A stretch of DNA of 41,503 nt, taken from a virus. Shown here one piece after another: positions 40,419 through 41,503 of the stretch. The stretch covers positions 1 to 41,503 of the IMG/VR virus record IMGVR_UViG_3300005441_000004, one strand, 5' to 3'. Below the pieces are notes generated by a model. The model had not been told where the DNA came from. It worked only from the letters and a program-made list of their open reading frames with translations, and did not search any database. The number at the start of each line of letters is the position of its first letter. The stretch's first letter is position 1. The position numbers and the translations under genes are program-made.

Positions 40419-41503
40419 CCAACCCCGCCCTGCTCTCCGCGCAGCTCCAAGTCACCCCGTCCGCCGGGGCCCTGGAGCGGCCGGTGGCGCGCCTGGACCC
40501 CATCGAGGTCCGCGCCTTCGAGACGCGCACTGGCCGCGTGGCCGCCACCATCCCCTACGTCGGCACCCCCACCTGGGACCGCGGCGTCGTCTCGGTGGGG
40601 AGCTGGCGCGTCACCGTGCCGCTCGACACCGACGAGGTCTCCCTCGAAGTGCTCAACGGTGTCACCGATCCGTGGCTCTGGAGCTGGGCAATCTGTCAGG
40701 GCTCCAAGATCTGGCAGGCCGGGCCGCTGGTCACCGAGTCTTACGACGGCGGCCTGTCCACCACCTTCGGCGGCGGCGGGCTACTCAAGCTGTTCACCGA
40801 CAAGCGCGTGCTGCTCAACCCCGGCCGCGCGTCGCTGGCCGGGGTCGCCGCCATCGACGCCGACACGGTGTTCGGCCCGACCGGATACGTCCCCACCATC
40901 GGCGGCACCGTCCCGGCGGGCAACCTGAACCTTTCCCTGCACACCATCGGCAAACGCCTCATCCAGCAGGACATCTCCACCCCCGGGCGCGAGCTGCCCA
41001 TCGTCTTCCCGGACGACATCGCCGGCACCGCCGAGCGTGAGTACCCCGGCTATGAACTCGCCAGCGTCGGTCAGCGATTCATCGAGCTCTCCCAGGTCAT
41101 GGGTGGCTCAGAGTTCGAGTTCGCGCCCGAGTTCGTCGACACCACCAGCAAGCAGTACATCCGGTGGCGCCTGCGCCTGGGCACCCCCTACCTCGGCAAC
41201 CTCGGGTTCACCCGGTACTGGGAGTACCGCAAGGCGCTGGTCAGCACGGCGTTCGACACCGATGGCGCCTACCGCATCACCCGCGACTTCGAGCGCGGCA
41301 ACGGCATGAACCGCGACCTGGTCACCGGGTTCGCCGACCGGGCGATCGGCAGCGCCCCGGCAGAGATGGTGCTGGAGAACGTGGGCAACGACCACACCAG
41401 CGCCAAGGACGTCACCACGCTCAACTCCTGGGCCGCGGCCACCGTCGCCGGCGGGCAGGCGGCCGCCCCGACGATCACGCACGTGGTCCGGGTCGCCGGC
41501 GAC
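40415..41503 (+). CDS. 5' part of the wrap-around minor tail protein gene. It is open to the end of the window and continues at 121..321.
   Basis: ATG 40415 in an ATGA overlap. 363 codons without a stop. Missing from the ORF track because no stop occurs before the window end. Confidence 0.7.
   Translation, partial: MTNPALLSAQLQVTPSAGALERPVARLDPIEVRAFETRTGRVAATIPYVGTPTWDRGVVSVGSWRVTVPLDTDEVSLEVLNGVTDPWLWSWAICQGSKIWQAGPLVTESYDGGLSTTFGGGGLLKLFTDKRVLLNPGRASLAGVAAIDADTVFGPTGYVPTIGGTVPAGNLNLSLHTIGKRLIQQDISTPGRELPIVFPDDIAGTAEREYPGYELASVGQRFIELSQVMGGSEFEFAPEFVDTTSKQYIRWRLRLGTPYLGNLGFTRYWEYRKALVSTAFDTDGAYRITRDFERGNGMNRDLVTGFADRAIGSAPAEMVLENVGNDHTSAKDVTTLNSWAAATVAGGQAAAPTITHVVRVAGD
41384..41503. repeat. 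Right copy of the 120-bp terminal duplication
   Basis: Identical to 1-120. Confidence 0.9.

Noticed and set aside
1-41503. A search by eye for tRNA genes (T-loop GGTTCGAATCC-type boxes), CRISPR repeats, integrase or recombinase genes, parAB, toxin-antitoxin pairs and reverse transcriptase.
   Set aside because: None was recognised. This is a by-eye negative, so tRNAscan or HMM searches could still find something.

Overview
The window is a complete, circularly closed genome of a high-G+C actinobacteriophage with siphovirus-type gene order. Bases 1-120 are identical to 41384-41503, so the unique length is 41,383 bp, and one tail gene runs across the junction.

Rightward arm (16911 to the end, wrapping to 2952):
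- a leaderless HTH gene followed by a terminator
- one 1538-codon ORF that fuses PrimPol, an SF3 helicase and a family-A DNA polymerase
- putative small terminase, five small ORFs, large terminase, portal, MuF-like protein, scaffold and major capsid; the head module looks SPP1-like and no prohead protease was seen
- connector proteins and a LamG/repeat/tail-terminator-like fusion
- major tail protein, G/GT chaperones, a 1092-aa tape measure and four minor tail proteins
- a lysis cassette with an M15 endolysin and small membrane proteins

Leftward arm (16839 down to 3056) holds tightly overlapping early genes:
- a Cas4-like nuclease and a Pro/Gln-rich protein
- an SNF2 helicase, a RuvC-like resolvase and WhiB
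- a ten-gene operon with three glycosyltransferases, a SAM methyltransferase, an HTH protein and four small membrane proteins
- a two-gene operon ending at a bidirectional terminator

A family of six near-identical promoters (TTGTGC-N18-nAnnCT with three phased TGTGC pentamers) drives the early operons, and three of them appear to give leaderless mRNAs. I recognised no integrase, partition system, tRNA or CRISPR array by eye.

The most interesting items are:
- the glycosylation/methylation operon
- the all-in-one replicase ORF with an AT-rich, intergenic-looking island at its domain junction
- the promoter family
- a conserved RBS-linked motif that also marks a probable internal start in the endolysin
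- a decorated tail-terminator-like fusion
- a 311-bp palindrome-rich intergenic region

All functional calls come from motif reading and gene order. No database search was run.
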